Positions 19,181 to 29,280 are shown, counted from the stretch's first letter. The stretch: DNA of 64,000 nt from Nitrososphaerota archaeon (GCA_011605725.1 JAAOZP010000017.1:64001-128000); one strand, 5' to 3'. Notes: generated from the letters alone by a model not told the origin. Numbers and translations are program-made.

Positions 19181-20017
19181 ATGTGGAGCGGCAGAATGTC
19201 TGTGAAAGGTCTAAACTTGGGAAAAGAGTATGTAAAGCTTAATCCTAAAGAAGTTTTATGCGCAGAATATTGCCCCGACTCTAAGCTTATTGAGATTTCC
19301 GTGAAGATTAGAAATATTCCTGGAGCATTTACCACAGTCATCAAGACCCTGTACGAGAGAAAGATTCGGCTTTGCTCCGGTTTTCATACAGTAAGCAGGG
19401 AGGGCGATACTGCTCTAATAGGCGCATTCATAGATATTTCACACTCGGATGTTCAAGCAAAAGATATTGTTAGAGAGTTGGAGAGCCTGGATGAGGTGCT
19501 GGAAGTCAATGTCTCCGAAAAAGTTTTCAACAGTATGATAATTGATAGCCTACACTTTCCGCTGCTGGTTTCAGGTGAGAGAAGCTTCACGTTTAGGGTG
19601 GAAACTTTCGGAAGCATTGTGGAGAGCCTTTATGAGAAGTTTGGAACCGGGGCTGCTGTCGTGCTCTACCAGATGGGAGTGTCAGCGGGAGAAGACAAGG
19701 CAAGGAATGTTCTGAATAATTACCGTATGGATAAGCTGGATGTTTTAAGGTTGATACTGGCGGAGAGGACTGCTAAAGGCTGGTGTGTGGCTGAAGTGGA
19801 GGAGTTCAACGATAGAGGAGCGACACTGACAGTTAGAGAATTGTTCGAATGCTTGCCTTTCAAAGGTAGGAAGGAAGAGGCCTTCAGCCAATTCTTCAGA
19901 GGATACTTAGCCGGAATATTTGAAAACATTTTGAACACCAGCGTGAGCGTGACGGAGGTCGAGTGCATCGCCAAGGGCGATCCTGCCTGCAAATTCATTG
20001 TTCAAGCTAGGGGCTAG
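19181..20017 (+). CDS. ACT-like + V4R small-ligand sensing protein
   Basis: N-terminal NIPGA ACT-like region; C-terminal ELFEC, FFRGYLAG, EVECIAKGDPACKF (V4R). Confidence 0.8.
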   Translation: MWSGRMSVKGLNLGKEYVKLNPKEVLCAEYCPDSKLIEISVKIRNIPGAFTTVIKTLYERKIRLCSGFHTVSREGDTALIGAFIDISHSDVQAKDIVRELESLDEVLEVNVSEKVFNSMIIDSLHFPLLVSGERSFTFRVETFGSIVESLYEKFGTGAAVVLYQMGVSAGEDKARNVLNNYRMDKLDVLRLILAERTAKGWCVAEVEEFNDRGATLTVRELFECLPFKGRKEEAFSQFFRGYLAGIFENILNTSVSVTEVECIAKGDPACKFIVQARG

Positions 20018-20081
20018 GAAGAGTAGCTTAATAACCCTGGTTGATTCTAAAGTTTATATCTATATCCGGTGATTTTTACTC

Positions 20082-21638
20082 ATGTTTCCAGAGAATTTTC
20101 TCTGGGGGGTTTCAGAGGCAGGTTTCCAGTTTGAAATGGGCGACCCTCCCGGAAAAAATATTGACCCGAATACGGACTGGTTTAAATGGGTGCATGACAC
20201 GGTGAATGTGAGCAGGAGGATTGTTAGCGGTGATCTTCCAGAGAACGGTGTAAACTACTGGGAGCTTTACGACTCAGATCATGACCTGGCTGAGGAGCTG
20301 GGCATGAATGCTTACAGGCTGGGAGTAGAATGGAGCAGGATATTCCCGAGGGATACTGCAGGAGCCAGGGTTGACGTGGAGATTAAGGATGGGAGGATAG
20401 TTAGAATAGATTTCGACGAGAAGGTTCTTGAGAAGCTTGAGGCCCTGGCCAATATGGATGCTTTAAACCATTACAAGAAAATTATTGAAAACCTTAGGGA
20501 TAAAGGGTTTAAGGTAATAGTGTGCCTGAACCACTTTACTCTTCCAATCTGGATTCACGACCCGATTGTTGCAAGGAACACTGGTCTGAGAAGCGGTGCG
20601 AGAGGCTGGTATGATCAGAAAACTATTGTCGAGTTCTCGAAATACGCCGGGTTCCTAGCCTGGAGGCTGGGCGACAAGGTTGACATTTGGGCTACTTTCA
20701 ACGAGCCTAATATTGTTGCTGAAACAGGGTATTTCCTGACTACGAATGGTTTTCCTCCTGGCGTTAGAATGAATGCTTTAAACGCGTTGAAAACTTTTAA
20801 ACGCGTCTTGATGAATATGATTGTCGCACACGCGAGGGCTTTCGAAGCCATAAAGAAGTTTGACACTCAACGGGCTGATCCCGATAGCTCGCTTCCCGCG
20901 TCAGTAGGCGTTATTCAACACGTCATCCCGGTTATGCCTTTAAACCCCTTGAGAGAAGCTGATTCACATGCTTCACGTTTCATTAGAAATGTTCACAACA
21001 ATCTGTTCGTGGAAGCAGTCTCATCAGGATGGGTTGACAAGAATCTCAACATGGTTAGGGATGGCGACGAGGTTGAAAAAGACCTTAATGGGAAGCTTGA
21101 CTGGCTTGGAGTAAACTACTACACGCGAATGGTTGTTAAGGGAAGGACTTCTCTTCTAGCTAAGTTGCTCATGGGCATCCGGGGTATTCCGGAGATTATG
21201 GAGGGCTACGGCTTAACGTGTAGGGCTAGAGATGTTTCCCGCGACGGCAGACCCACGTCAGACTTCGGCTGGGAGCTTTATCCTGAGGGCCTTGTGGAGA
21301 CACTCCTCGAAATGTCTAGGTACGGCAGACCCATGTTCATTACTGAAAACGGCGTCGCCGATTCTGAAGACAGGCTTAGACCCAGGTATATCGTTGAACA
21401 CTTACGGGTTCTAGAGGAAATCGTCAGTGGGAAACGCGTTGACGTCAGAGGATATTTCCACTGGGCTTTAACGGACAATTACGAGTGGGCGCAGGGGTTC
21501 AGCATGAAGTTTGGACTCTACAGCGTAAACCTGAACACTAAGAAGAGAATCCCGAGGAAAAACAGTGTCGAAACTCTTAGAAGAATCATTCAGAATAGGA
21601 CGGTTGGAGCATACGATAGTTTTTCCAGGCGGGTTTAG
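20082..21638 (+). CDS. GH1 beta-glycosidase (archaeal beta-galactosidase/glucosidase type)
   Basis: FPENFLWG..AGFQFEMG, acid/base TFNEP, nucleophile ITENG, DNYEW. Confidence 0.95.
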   Translation: MFPENFLWGVSEAGFQFEMGDPPGKNIDPNTDWFKWVHDTVNVSRRIVSGDLPENGVNYWELYDSDHDLAEELGMNAYRLGVEWSRIFPRDTAGARVDVEIKDGRIVRIDFDEKVLEKLEALANMDALNHYKKIIENLRDKGFKVIVCLNHFTLPIWIHDPIVARNTGLRSGARGWYDQKTIVEFSKYAGFLAWRLGDKVDIWATFNEPNIVAETGYFLTTNGFPPGVRMNALNALKTFKRVLMNMIVAHARAFEAIKKFDTQRADPDSSLPASVGVIQHVIPVMPLNPLREADSHASRFIRNVHNNLFVEAVSSGWVDKNLNMVRDGDEVEKDLNGKLDWLGVNYYTRMVVKGRTSLLAKLLMGIRGIPEIMEGYGLTCRARDVSRDGRPTSDFGWELYPEGLVETLLEMSRYGRPMFITENGVADSEDRLRPRYIVEHLRVLEEIVSGKRVDVRGYFHWALTDNYEWAQGFSMKFGLYSVNLNTKKRIPRKNSVETLRRIIQNRTVGAYDSFSRRV

Positions 21639-21641
21639 AAA

Positions 21642-22022
21642 ATGAGCCGTAGGAAACCTATTTACGTTGTTCAAAAGCATGCGGCTACCCACCTTCATTA
21701 CGACCTAAGGCTTGAAATGGATGGTGTTCTTAAAAGCTGGGCCATACCCAAGGAGCCGGAGGACAAGCCTGGTGTGAAAAGGCTAGCGATACAGGTTGAG
21801 GATCATCCTCTAGAGTACTCAGAGTTTGAAGGAGTTATACCTGAAGGCCAGTATGGCGCGGGCAGGGTTGAGAAGTGGGATTACGGGGACTATGAGCTTG
21901 TTAAAAAGACGGATAGAAGCATAGAGGTTGAAATACATGGGAATCGTTTAAACGGACGCTTCATCCTGACGAAGTTTGACAGAGCCGGGGAAAACGCTTG
22001 GCTCTTCTTCAAGAAGAAATGA
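21642..22022 (+). CDS. Stand-alone LigD 3'-phosphoesterase (PE) domain
   Basis: VVQKHAATHLHYDLRLE, SWAIPK, RLAIQVEDHP..Y, FEG.IPEGQYGAG. Confidence 0.92.
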   Translation: MSRRKPIYVVQKHAATHLHYDLRLEMDGVLKSWAIPKEPEDKPGVKRLAIQVEDHPLEYSEFEGVIPEGQYGAGRVEKWDYGDYELVKKTDRSIEVEIHGNRLNGRFILTKFDRAGENAWLFFKKK

Positions 22023-22189
22023 CATTCCTCGCCTTGGCCAGGAGGCTCCCAGTAGGCTCATCCCGCCTGGTTCAGGACTGTTTCAAACCAGCCCGTCATA
22101 CGCGTGCAGCACATAGCCTGCTTAGCCATTGCTTCCCCTTGCCAATTTTTATAAGCTTATGCGCTATGAAAAAACAGTGGCTTTAGGAA

Positions 22190-23200
22190 ATGGGAGTAAG
22201 GATAATTGGAGAAAGCCTGAGGAACATTCCCTGGCAGGATAAGCCTGGGGACTACGAGGGAGTGGTCTGGAGGTATGATAAGAACCCTCTGACCAGGCGG
22301 AACCCTACTAGGAGCACCGCCAGAGTATTCAACAGTGCTGTAGCACCTTTCAGAGGAAGATTCGTAGGGGTTTTCAGGGCAGACCATAAGGATGGTAAGG
22401 CTAGGCTCCACGTCGGCTGGAGCGACGACGGTATTTCTTGGGATATCGAGGACGAAGTGATCACGTGGAAGGATACTGATGGAAAAGTATACCAGCCTAA
22501 CTATGCCTACGACCCGAGGGTTGTTAAAATAGAGGACACGTATTACTTAACGTGGTGTACAGATTTCTACGGCCCGTCTATTGGAGTAGGCTTAACGAAG
22601 GATTTCAGGGAGTTCACTAGGCTTGAGAACGCTTTCCTCCCGTTCAACAGGAACGGCGTCCTCTTCCCCAGGAAAATAAACGGTAAGTATGTGATGCTTT
22701 CAAGGCCGAGCGACGCTGGCCACACTCCTTTCGGAGACATTTTCCTGAGCGAGAGCCCGGATATGATTCATTGGGGGAGGCATAGGAGGGTTATGGGCAG
22801 GGGAGGCTCAGGATGGTGGCAGGGCCTTAAAATAGGCGCCGGCCCAATACCTATTGAGACAACAGAGGGGTGGCTTCTCTTCTACCACGGCGTGGTTCTA
22901 ACTTGCAACGGCTACGTCTATAGTTGTGGCGCAGCAATACTCGACATAAACACTCCGTCAAGAGTTCTCTACAGGTGTAGAAACTATCTTTTAACTCCTG
23001 AGAAGGAGTATGAGACAGTGGGTTTTGTTCCAAACGTGGTTTTTCCCTGCGCAGCCCTAACTGACTCGGACACAGGGAGAATAGCGATCTACTATGGTTC
23101 TGCAGACACCTATGTTTCGCTGGCGTTCGCGAAGGTTGACGAGGTAGTGGAGTACGTTAAGGAAAACGCGGAGCCGTTTCACGAGGGAGAGGGAAGATAA
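22190..23200 (+). CDS. GH130 beta-mannoside phosphorylase (manno-oligosaccharide phosphorylase type)
   Basis: RVFNSAV, YAYDPRV, PFNRNGVLFP, SRPSD.GHTPFG, VPNVVFP, YYGSAD. Confidence 0.92.
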   Translation: MGVRIIGESLRNIPWQDKPGDYEGVVWRYDKNPLTRRNPTRSTARVFNSAVAPFRGRFVGVFRADHKDGKARLHVGWSDDGISWDIEDEVITWKDTDGKVYQPNYAYDPRVVKIEDTYYLTWCTDFYGPSIGVGLTKDFREFTRLENAFLPFNRNGVLFPRKINGKYVMLSRPSDAGHTPFGDIFLSESPDMIHWGRHRRVMGRGGSGWWQGLKIGAGPIPIETTEGWLLFYHGVVLTCNGYVYSCGAAILDINTPSRVLYRCRNYLLTPEKEYETVGFVPNVVFPCAALTDSDTGRIAIYYGSADTYVSLAFAKVDEVVEYVKENAEPFHEGEGR

Positions 23201-23311
23201 GTGCGCACGTATGAGGACTCCTAGGGTATGCTATTCTACATGCTGGATCAATGAAGGTTTATGGCAAGTTCGGGAAAACTTTATATCTAGGTATGTGATA
23301 TACTTAAGTAG

Positions 23312-23716
23312 GTGATATCAATGTGTGGCGGAAGAAGACTGCCTGCTGGATCATGCTGCCATGGTGAAGGAGGGTGCCACGGCGAAGGAGGACATATTTA
23401 TCTTAAAGAAACCCCTGTTAAAGGGCTTTTACACTTATCAATCCTGAACTTGGTTAAGAATGGACCTATTTACGGTGCTGAAATACATAGGGCTTTAAAA
23501 GAAAAGTATAACATTGAGGCTCCAAAAGCCATAATCTATGGTCTATTGAGGAGAATGGAGCACGCTGGCTTCCTAGTTTCCTCATGGGACGTTGAAGGAG
23601 GTGGGCCGGCGAGAAGGAAATACAAGATTACTGATGAGGGGCTGGACTATCTTAAAGACTCCTTGGAAAACCTTAGGAGGGTTAAAAGCCTCGTCGACCT
23701 TTTAATAGCCGAGTGA
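23312..23716 (+). CDS. PadR-family regulator with a Cys/His-rich N-terminal extension
   Basis: GP.YG.EI, IYGLLRRME..G, GPARRKYKITDEG; N-terminal CCHGEGGCHGEGGH. Confidence 0.88.
   Translation: MISMCGGRRLPAGSCCHGEGGCHGEGGHIYLKETPVKGLLHLSILNLVKNGPIYGAEIHRALKEKYNIEAPKAIIYGLLRRMEHAGFLVSSWDVEGGGPARRKYKITDEGLDYLKDSLENLRRVKSLVDLLIAE
23357..23392 (+). repeat. 18-bp tandem duplication encoding (CHGEGG)x2
   Basis: tgccatggtgaaggaggg / tgccacggcgaaggagga; the three differences are all synonymous. Confidence 0.85.
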
Positions 23717-23747
23717 AAGAATAGGCAGACCAAAGAGGAGTAGGCGT

Positions 23748-24665
23748 ATGAGTACTATAGAGGCCGTAGATTTACATAAAAGGTTTGGAAGCATCCCGGC
23801 TGTTAACGGCGTTAGCTTCAAAGTGAAAGAGGGTGAAATATTCGGTTTCCTGGGACCCAACGGCGCCGGGAAGACAACGACCATCCGAATCTTGACGGGC
23901 ATATTGAAACCTGATAGTGGTGAGGCTAGGATAATGGGCTATGATGTTCATAAGGATCCTGTTAAAGCCAGAATGCTTACTGGAGTGGTTCCCGAGGAGG
24001 CTAATCCATACCCAGACCTGTCGGCTTGGGATAATCTTATGCTTGTCGGATACCTATACGGCTTATCTAAACACGCGGCCGGTGAAAGGGCTGCTAGACT
24101 GCTTAAGCTTCTCGACCTTTATGAGGTTAGAGGGAGGAAGGCTAGGAGTCTTTCTAAAGGGATGAGGCAGAAGCTTCTTGTAGCCATGGCTCTGATCGGC
24201 GAGCCTAAAGTACTCTTCTTAGACGAGCCTACGTCGGGGCTCGACGTTTTAAGCGCCAGGAAGATACGCAGCCTAATCCTTGACCTGAAAAATAATGGTG
24301 TTACGATTCTTTTGACAACGCATAACGTGGAGGAGGCTGGTGAACTTTGCGACAGGATTTCTATAATAAACGGTGGGCAGATAGTTGAGACAGGAAGCCC
24401 CGATGACTTGATGATTAAATCCGGCTTATACACATACATATCCGTGAAATTCGACAGGCCGGTTGATCCAGAGGACGCGGCACAATTCTTTAAAGATTGG
24501 GAGCACAGGGTTCAAGGCTCAAGGATTCTCTTGATTTGCAAAGAATCGGCAGAGCCCGTAGTCAGGGTTGTTGAATACGCTAAGGCGAGAAGCCTCAGCA
24601 TAATCGACATCCATACGTCTCCACCAAACCTAGAGGACGTATTCGTGAAAATTATTGGGGGTTAA
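23748..24665 (+). CDS. ABC-2 exporter ATP-binding subunit (DrrA-like)
   Basis: GPNGAGKT, LSKGMRQK, FLDEPTSGLD, TTH. Confidence 0.92.
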   Translation: MSTIEAVDLHKRFGSIPAVNGVSFKVKEGEIFGFLGPNGAGKTTTIRILTGILKPDSGEARIMGYDVHKDPVKARMLTGVVPEEANPYPDLSAWDNLMLVGYLYGLSKHAAGERAARLLKLLDLYEVRGRKARSLSKGMRQKLLVAMALIGEPKVLFLDEPTSGLDVLSARKIRSLILDLKNNGVTILLTTHNVEEAGELCDRISIINGGQIVETGSPDDLMIKSGLYTYISVKFDRPVDPEDAAQFFKDWEHRVQGSRILLICKESAEPVVRVVEYAKARSLSIIDIHTSPPNLEDVFVKIIGG

Positions 24666-24667
24666 GG

Positions 24668-25432
24668 ATGATGAACACGGAATCCTTCAGCCATTTATGG
24701 AGAAGCACATGGGCAATATGCCGTAAGGACATTAAGCTTTACTATGCTAAGGGGCCTATAGTTGTAACCGGCGTGCTTTTCCCCCTGTTCCTATGGGGCG
24801 CCTTCTACATCGGTAGGGGGCTGGAGCCTAGAGAGGGGTTGGCTTCTTTAATAACGCTTACGATTTTCTTCACGTCCTCCTCAGTCACGCCGATAATAGC
24901 GCCTTGGGAAACCAGGCAGAGGACCCTGGAAATGCTTCTATCCAGGCCGGTGAAAGTCACTACAATACTTATTGGCGATATCTTAGCCTCCACAATATTC
25001 GGATTGATTTTCACTCTTCCAATCGTTCTTTACAGCATAGTTCTCGGAGCAGCGTTAAGCAATGTTTTAACGGCTATAGTAATAATTACAGTTACCGTCA
25101 TAGGATTCTCAGCTCTAGGCGTGCTTTTCTCAGCCCTACCCACAGATACGCCTGCAGACGTGGTCCTGTTGTCAAGCGCCGTTAAGCTACCGTTAGTATT
25201 CGTCAGCGGGGTACTTGTGCCGCTTACACAGCTTCCAACATGGGCCTTATCAATAGCTGCAGCCTCACCATTAACATATCCCACAGATCTTTTAAGGCGG
25301 CTTTATACAGGCGATGCCTTTTTCCCGGAATCGGTGGATATCGTGATGTTGATGATCTTTACAATCATGTTTACAGTCGGAGCTCTGAAGCTTCATGAAA
25401 AAACATTGTCTGCAAGACTGCAGCGGAGATAA
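24668..25432 (+). CDS. ABC-2 exporter permease
   Basis: Six TM segments, FVSGVLVP..LP.W, SPLTY. Confidence 0.88.
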   Translation: MMNTESFSHLWRSTWAICRKDIKLYYAKGPIVVTGVLFPLFLWGAFYIGRGLEPREGLASLITLTIFFTSSSVTPIIAPWETRQRTLEMLLSRPVKVTTILIGDILASTIFGLIFTLPIVLYSIVLGAALSNVLTAIVIITVTVIGFSALGVLFSALPTDTPADVVLLSSAVKLPLVFVSGVLVPLTQLPTWALSIAAASPLTYPTDLLRRLYTGDAFFPESVDIVMLMIFTIMFTVGALKLHEKTLSARLQRR

Positions 25433-25525
25433 GGATATTGGGATCACTACGTCTTAGAATGACGGGGTCTCGAATGATTTTAAAAACAATATAGCCTTAA
25501 TTTTGATGAATAAGCTCAGTAGGGT

Positions 25526-25978
25526 TTACCTGATAATTAACACAGACCCCTTGAACCGGTTCACAACCCTGCTTGCAACGCCTCCAAGAATACGACCCGA
25601 TTTCCCAAGCCCCTCGCCCCCTATGACTACAAGATCATAGTTTCCTTTCTCAGCCTCCTCGATTATGATTGAAGCCGGGTCGCCGACTCTGCTTAAAAGC
25701 CTCACTTTAACACCCATCTCTTCAGCCATTATTCTAGCCTTCTCCAGTATCTCATCTCTCTCCCTGATCAGGCTCATCCTGGTTGAATCAGGGAGCACGA
25801 CGAGTTTAGAAGACTGCTCTACGCTCGGCTCAATCAAGGTTTTCGAAGGTGCTTCTGAAACATGCAGTATTGAAACCTCGACCTCGGGATACTGAAGCTT
25901 AATCTTCAAAACCGTCTCAACAGCCTTATCCGAAGCAGGAGAACCGTCTGTTGCAACAAGAATCCTCCTAAACATCAC
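25526..25978 (-). CDS. Universal stress protein (UspA family)
   Basis: RILVATDGS, GDPA..I, DLVVIG..G...LGGVA.RV. Confidence 0.9.
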   Translation of the reverse strand: MMFRRILVATDGSPASDKAVETVLKIKLQYPEVEVSILHVSEAPSKTLIEPSVEQSSKLVVLPDSTRMSLIRERDEILEKARIMAEEMGVKVRLLSRVGDPASIIIEEAEKGNYDLVVIGGEGLGKSGRILGGVASRVVNRFKGSVLIIR

Positions 25979-26083
25979 TCAGATTAGAAAAAACATGTGT
26001 TAATAAACCTTCATTTCAAATGAGCGCGCTCCAAGCTACAAGTCTATGGCTGCGGGAGTAGGCAAGGATTCCCTGTCGAGGCT

Positions 26084-26956
26084 TTAATACTGGCCTAGGG
26101 CACCTTCCCTTCTAGTCGAGTCGTAAGCCTTTTTGAAGAACCATAGTGAAAAAGGCAGTACCACTACTATGAAAAGCACGAGCTTTAAAGTGTTCTCCAT
26201 TATCATGGGGCTGTCGAACCCCTCACCATTCATCAAGCACCTCCTTAACCCGTCAAGAGAGTAGGTTAGTGGGAACGCGTTTCCAACCCATTTAAGCCAG
26301 TCGGGCAGCAAACCCAGAGGGTAGAGGACTCCGGAGAAAAGCTGGGTTAGCCACGAGAAGGCCCAGACTATTGGGTCACCCTGCTTAAGCTTGAGTATCA
26401 TTGCAGCCCCGAGCACTCCGATAACCATGTGGCTTGCAACCAGCAGGATGGTTAAAACGAGTGCAGCGGTAATCGACCCAGGGGTTAAGAGTAGTCTTAT
26501 TCCCAGGAGCACTCCCATGCCGAGTGAGGCAAGCAGGAAGTAGGAGCCTATTATGAATCTGAAGGCAGACTCTCCTAGGAGAAAAACCCTGAAGCTCGTG
26601 TTTGAGGAAAGGAGTGTCTCCATAGTTCCGTTCCACTGCTCCTCCCTTATCGCGTCTGAAAGGCTTGAAACAGAGGCGAAAACATAATGTTGTAAGGATA
26701 TTCCTATGACTGAGAAGGTTAGATAGTCTGCAGCATATCCTGCATCAATCAACGCTTGCGGAGTGACGATCATAGATACGAAGTAGTATGTTGCCACGAA
26801 AGTCAGGGAGCTTAGAACGTCCAGCGTTATCCAGAGCTTATACGTCCACCAGATTTTAAAATCCCGAATAATGAAGGCAACGGCTTTTTCAACAGCACCA
26901 ACTCTTCCTCGCGGAATGTTTTCTGCCATGTATTTAACAATATCCTCAACCCTCAA
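26084..26956 (-). CDS. ABC-2 exporter permease
   Basis: IREEQWNGTME, FSGVLYP..LLP.W, PLTYSLDG.R. Confidence 0.88.
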   Translation of the reverse strand: MRVEDIVKYMAENIPRGRVGAVEKAVAFIIRDFKIWWTYKLWITLDVLSSLTFVATYYFVSMIVTPQALIDAGYAADYLTFSVIGISLQHYVFASVSSLSDAIREEQWNGTMETLLSSNTSFRVFLLGESAFRFIIGSYFLLASLGMGVLLGIRLLLTPGSITAALVLTILLVASHMVIGVLGAAMILKLKQGDPIVWAFSWLTQLFSGVLYPLGLLPDWLKWVGNAFPLTYSLDGLRRCLMNGEGFDSPMIMENTLKLVLFIVVVLPFSLWFFKKAYDSTRREGALGQY

Positions 26957-26966
26957 ACTCAGCCAC

Positions 26967-27845
26967 CTAGTAGGATGAAGTGGTTCCCTCCCTCCTTATC
27001 CTATTATAACCCCAAGCCAGCGTTTTCAAACCCAGTGGGACGAGCATAATGCTGAAGACCCCCAGAACCACTATGTCGGTTAAAACTTTCAAATCAAGGA
27101 TTGAGGCGCCGAGTATTAGCACCCTCCTCATACCGTCTAGGGCATAGGTATATGGGAAGAGCATTGATAGAAGCTGTACGGCTGGGAAGCGTTTAAGCAG
27201 TTCCAAAGGATATAGGACTCCGGCGAGAAACTCGTTGACTGCTGCAAGTATGAATACTAGCGGGTCGCCCCTCTTGTAAACCATTATTATTCCCGCAGCC
27301 ACTAATCCTAAGGCTTGGTTTGAAACAAGCATCAACACGAATAGGGTTATGAACAAGAATAGTGACTGAGGGGTGAACGAGAGTTTTGCACCAAGCCCAT
27401 AAACCCCGACGGTGAACACCCCCACCAGGTAGATTAGGCTAACTAAGTATCCGCGTGCCGTGAGACCTATGAAGAATATGAACATGTTTATCGGGGTTAC
27501 TGCAATAGTTTCAAGAGTACCTCCTCTTATTTCATGCTGGATCGAGTGGCTCAGCCTCGTTAAGCATGCCCAAAGATAGTTTGAGGTGGCTACTCCAACC
27601 AGGGAGAAGGCGAGATAGCTGGTCCCCCAGCCGCTCTGCGAAAGCCGGGTCGGGTCGACCTGCATGCCTACGAAGTAGTACATGACGACTGAGGCGAATG
27701 TGCTTAAAAGATCCATTATGAGCCAAGACTTATAGGCCAACATCATTTTAAGCTGGGACCAAACAACTGCAGAGAGTTGTCTTAAACTAGATTTAGTCCG
27801 CTTCTCCTCAACCATGAAGAGCTTTAGAACCTCAAGTCTATTCAT
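26967..27845 (-). CDS. ABC-2 exporter permease (paralogue)
   Basis: IQHEIRGGTLE, LAGVLYP, PYTYALDG.R. Confidence 0.88.
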   Translation of the reverse strand: MNRLEVLKLFMVEEKRTKSSLRQLSAVVWSQLKMMLAYKSWLIMDLLSTFASVVMYYFVGMQVDPTRLSQSGWGTSYLAFSLVGVATSNYLWACLTRLSHSIQHEIRGGTLETIAVTPINMFIFFIGLTARGYLVSLIYLVGVFTVGVYGLGAKLSFTPQSLFLFITLFVLMLVSNQALGLVAAGIIMVYKRGDPLVFILAAVNEFLAGVLYPLELLKRFPAVQLLSMLFPYTYALDGMRRVLILGASILDLKVLTDIVVLGVFSIMLVPLGLKTLAWGYNRIRREGTTSSY

Positions 27846-28819
27846 TTCTCCTCATCAGTCAAGCTTAGAAAGACTTCTTCAAGATTTGGGAGAGCGACCT
27901 GAACTCCTATCGTTCTCAACCCGTTTAAGCTGAATACTTTAGGGATTTCTGATAACGCTTGCTCCTCATCTCTAACCTCAGCCCTGATAACGGTATGATC
28001 CTCCTCTGACTCAACGCTTATAATCCTCTTAACAACCCTTAACCCCTCTAAAATCCTAACCGCCTCTTCAGCAGAGCCTCGGAACCTAACTTCAACACCC
28101 ATGTATTTCCTAGTTATTTCGCTAAGCCGGAGTGGAGTGTCAACCGCGATGACTCTACCTTTATTCATCACAGCTATTCTGTCGCAAAGCCTTTCAGCTT
28201 CAAATATGTTGTGAGTTGTGAAGACAATCGTCTTATGAAGCTCCCTGCAGAGAGCCTGCAGTAGCCTGCGGGTCTCTATTGCCCCTGTAGCGTCAAGCCC
28301 AACAGTCGGCTCATCCATAAGCAGTATTGGCGCGTTGGAAAGCAGTGTTCTCGCCAGCATGACTCTCATTTTCATGCCTGTGGAGAAATCCTTAACAAGC
28401 CTGTCAGCATCCTTGTCTAATTCGAAGAACTCGAGCAGGGCGTCTATCCTTCTTCTGGCTACGTCTTTAGGAATGTTCTGCAGATAGGCGTAGAACTTTA
28501 AGTTGTCTCTTGCTGAAAGCCTCCAGTAGAGAGCCCTCCCACCTGTTTCCCCGTGTAACCATCCTATACATTCCCTAACCTTTTCAGCATCCTTAACGAC
28601 GTCAAAACCAGCCACTCTCGCAGTACCCTCGTCGGGAATAACCAGTGTGCAAAGAATTTTTATCAAAGTCGTTTTACCGGCACCGTTTGGCCCTAAGAGA
28701 CCGAAAAACTCACCCTCCCTGATTGAAAGGCTTACATGGTCAACTGCTACGATTCTCTCTTTCCCGCCGTCTCCCTTGAAATACTTAGTTAGGTTCTCAG
28801 TCTCAACCGCTGTGTTCAT
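27842..28819 (-). CDS. ABC-2 exporter ATP-binding subunit
   Basis: GPNGAGKT, FSTGMKMR, LMDEPTVGLD, TTH. Confidence 0.92.
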   Translation of the reverse strand: MNTAVETENLTKYFKGDGGKERIVAVDHVSLSIREGEFFGLLGPNGAGKTTLIKILCTLVIPDEGTARVAGFDVVKDAEKVRECIGWLHGETGGRALYWRLSARDNLKFYAYLQNIPKDVARRRIDALLEFFELDKDADRLVKDFSTGMKMRVMLARTLLSNAPILLMDEPTVGLDATGAIETRRLLQALCRELHKTIVFTTHNIFEAERLCDRIAVMNKGRVIAVDTPLRLSEITRKYMGVEVRFRGSAEEAVRILEGLRVVKRIISVESEEDHTVIRAEVRDEEQALSEIPKVFSLNGLRTIGVQVALPNLEEVFLSLTDEEK

Positions 28820-29220
28820 GGGCTAACAGCTCTTCACCGTTTTTTGCTTAAACCACTTATTATTCTCTTAAAAACTTTTGGATTAAATTCTTCGGAGCAA
28901 CTAATTTGCCGTTAGAATCCCGTGGCAGGATGTGGGAGTATGATCGTGAATCCCGGATTAAGTGTGAGGCTGGATTAAAAAGGCTGTTGCTGCACATATC
29001 GTAGTTCAATTTAAACAGTTTTAACTTTTTTAATCATAAATCACTTTTTCTCCTATCGACCCGCATTCAACAGTCACGCGTATGTAGCAATTAAAACAGA
29101 CAAGGGTTGAACGGATTTTTATAAGAAACCAATTAAAAATATTCTAAACCCCACATGTCTTTCGAAAAAATTTAACGCATAAACCTTGTTTTCAACTGGA
29201 ACAAATATAAAGAAGAGGGA

Positions 29221-29262
29221 TAAACCGTGATGAACTGTTTTGAACCATTCTGAACTATATAA
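29221..29262 (+). promoter_or_regulatory. Helically phased T(G/A)AAC direct repeats abutting a TATA box
   Basis: TAAAC 29221, TGAAC 29231, 29241, 29251 (exact 10-nt period), followed by TATATAA. Confidence 0.45.
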
Positions 29263-29280
29263 GAACGTGTATGTAAAGAA

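Noticed and set aside
22023-22150. GC-richer intergenic stretch and small ORFs after the PE gene
   Set aside because: No stable recognisable RNA fold or coding signature
29227-29253. GTGATGA-N16-CTGA as a C/D RNA
   Set aside because: Only half of a C/D architecture, and it overlaps the phased promoter repeats, which explain it better
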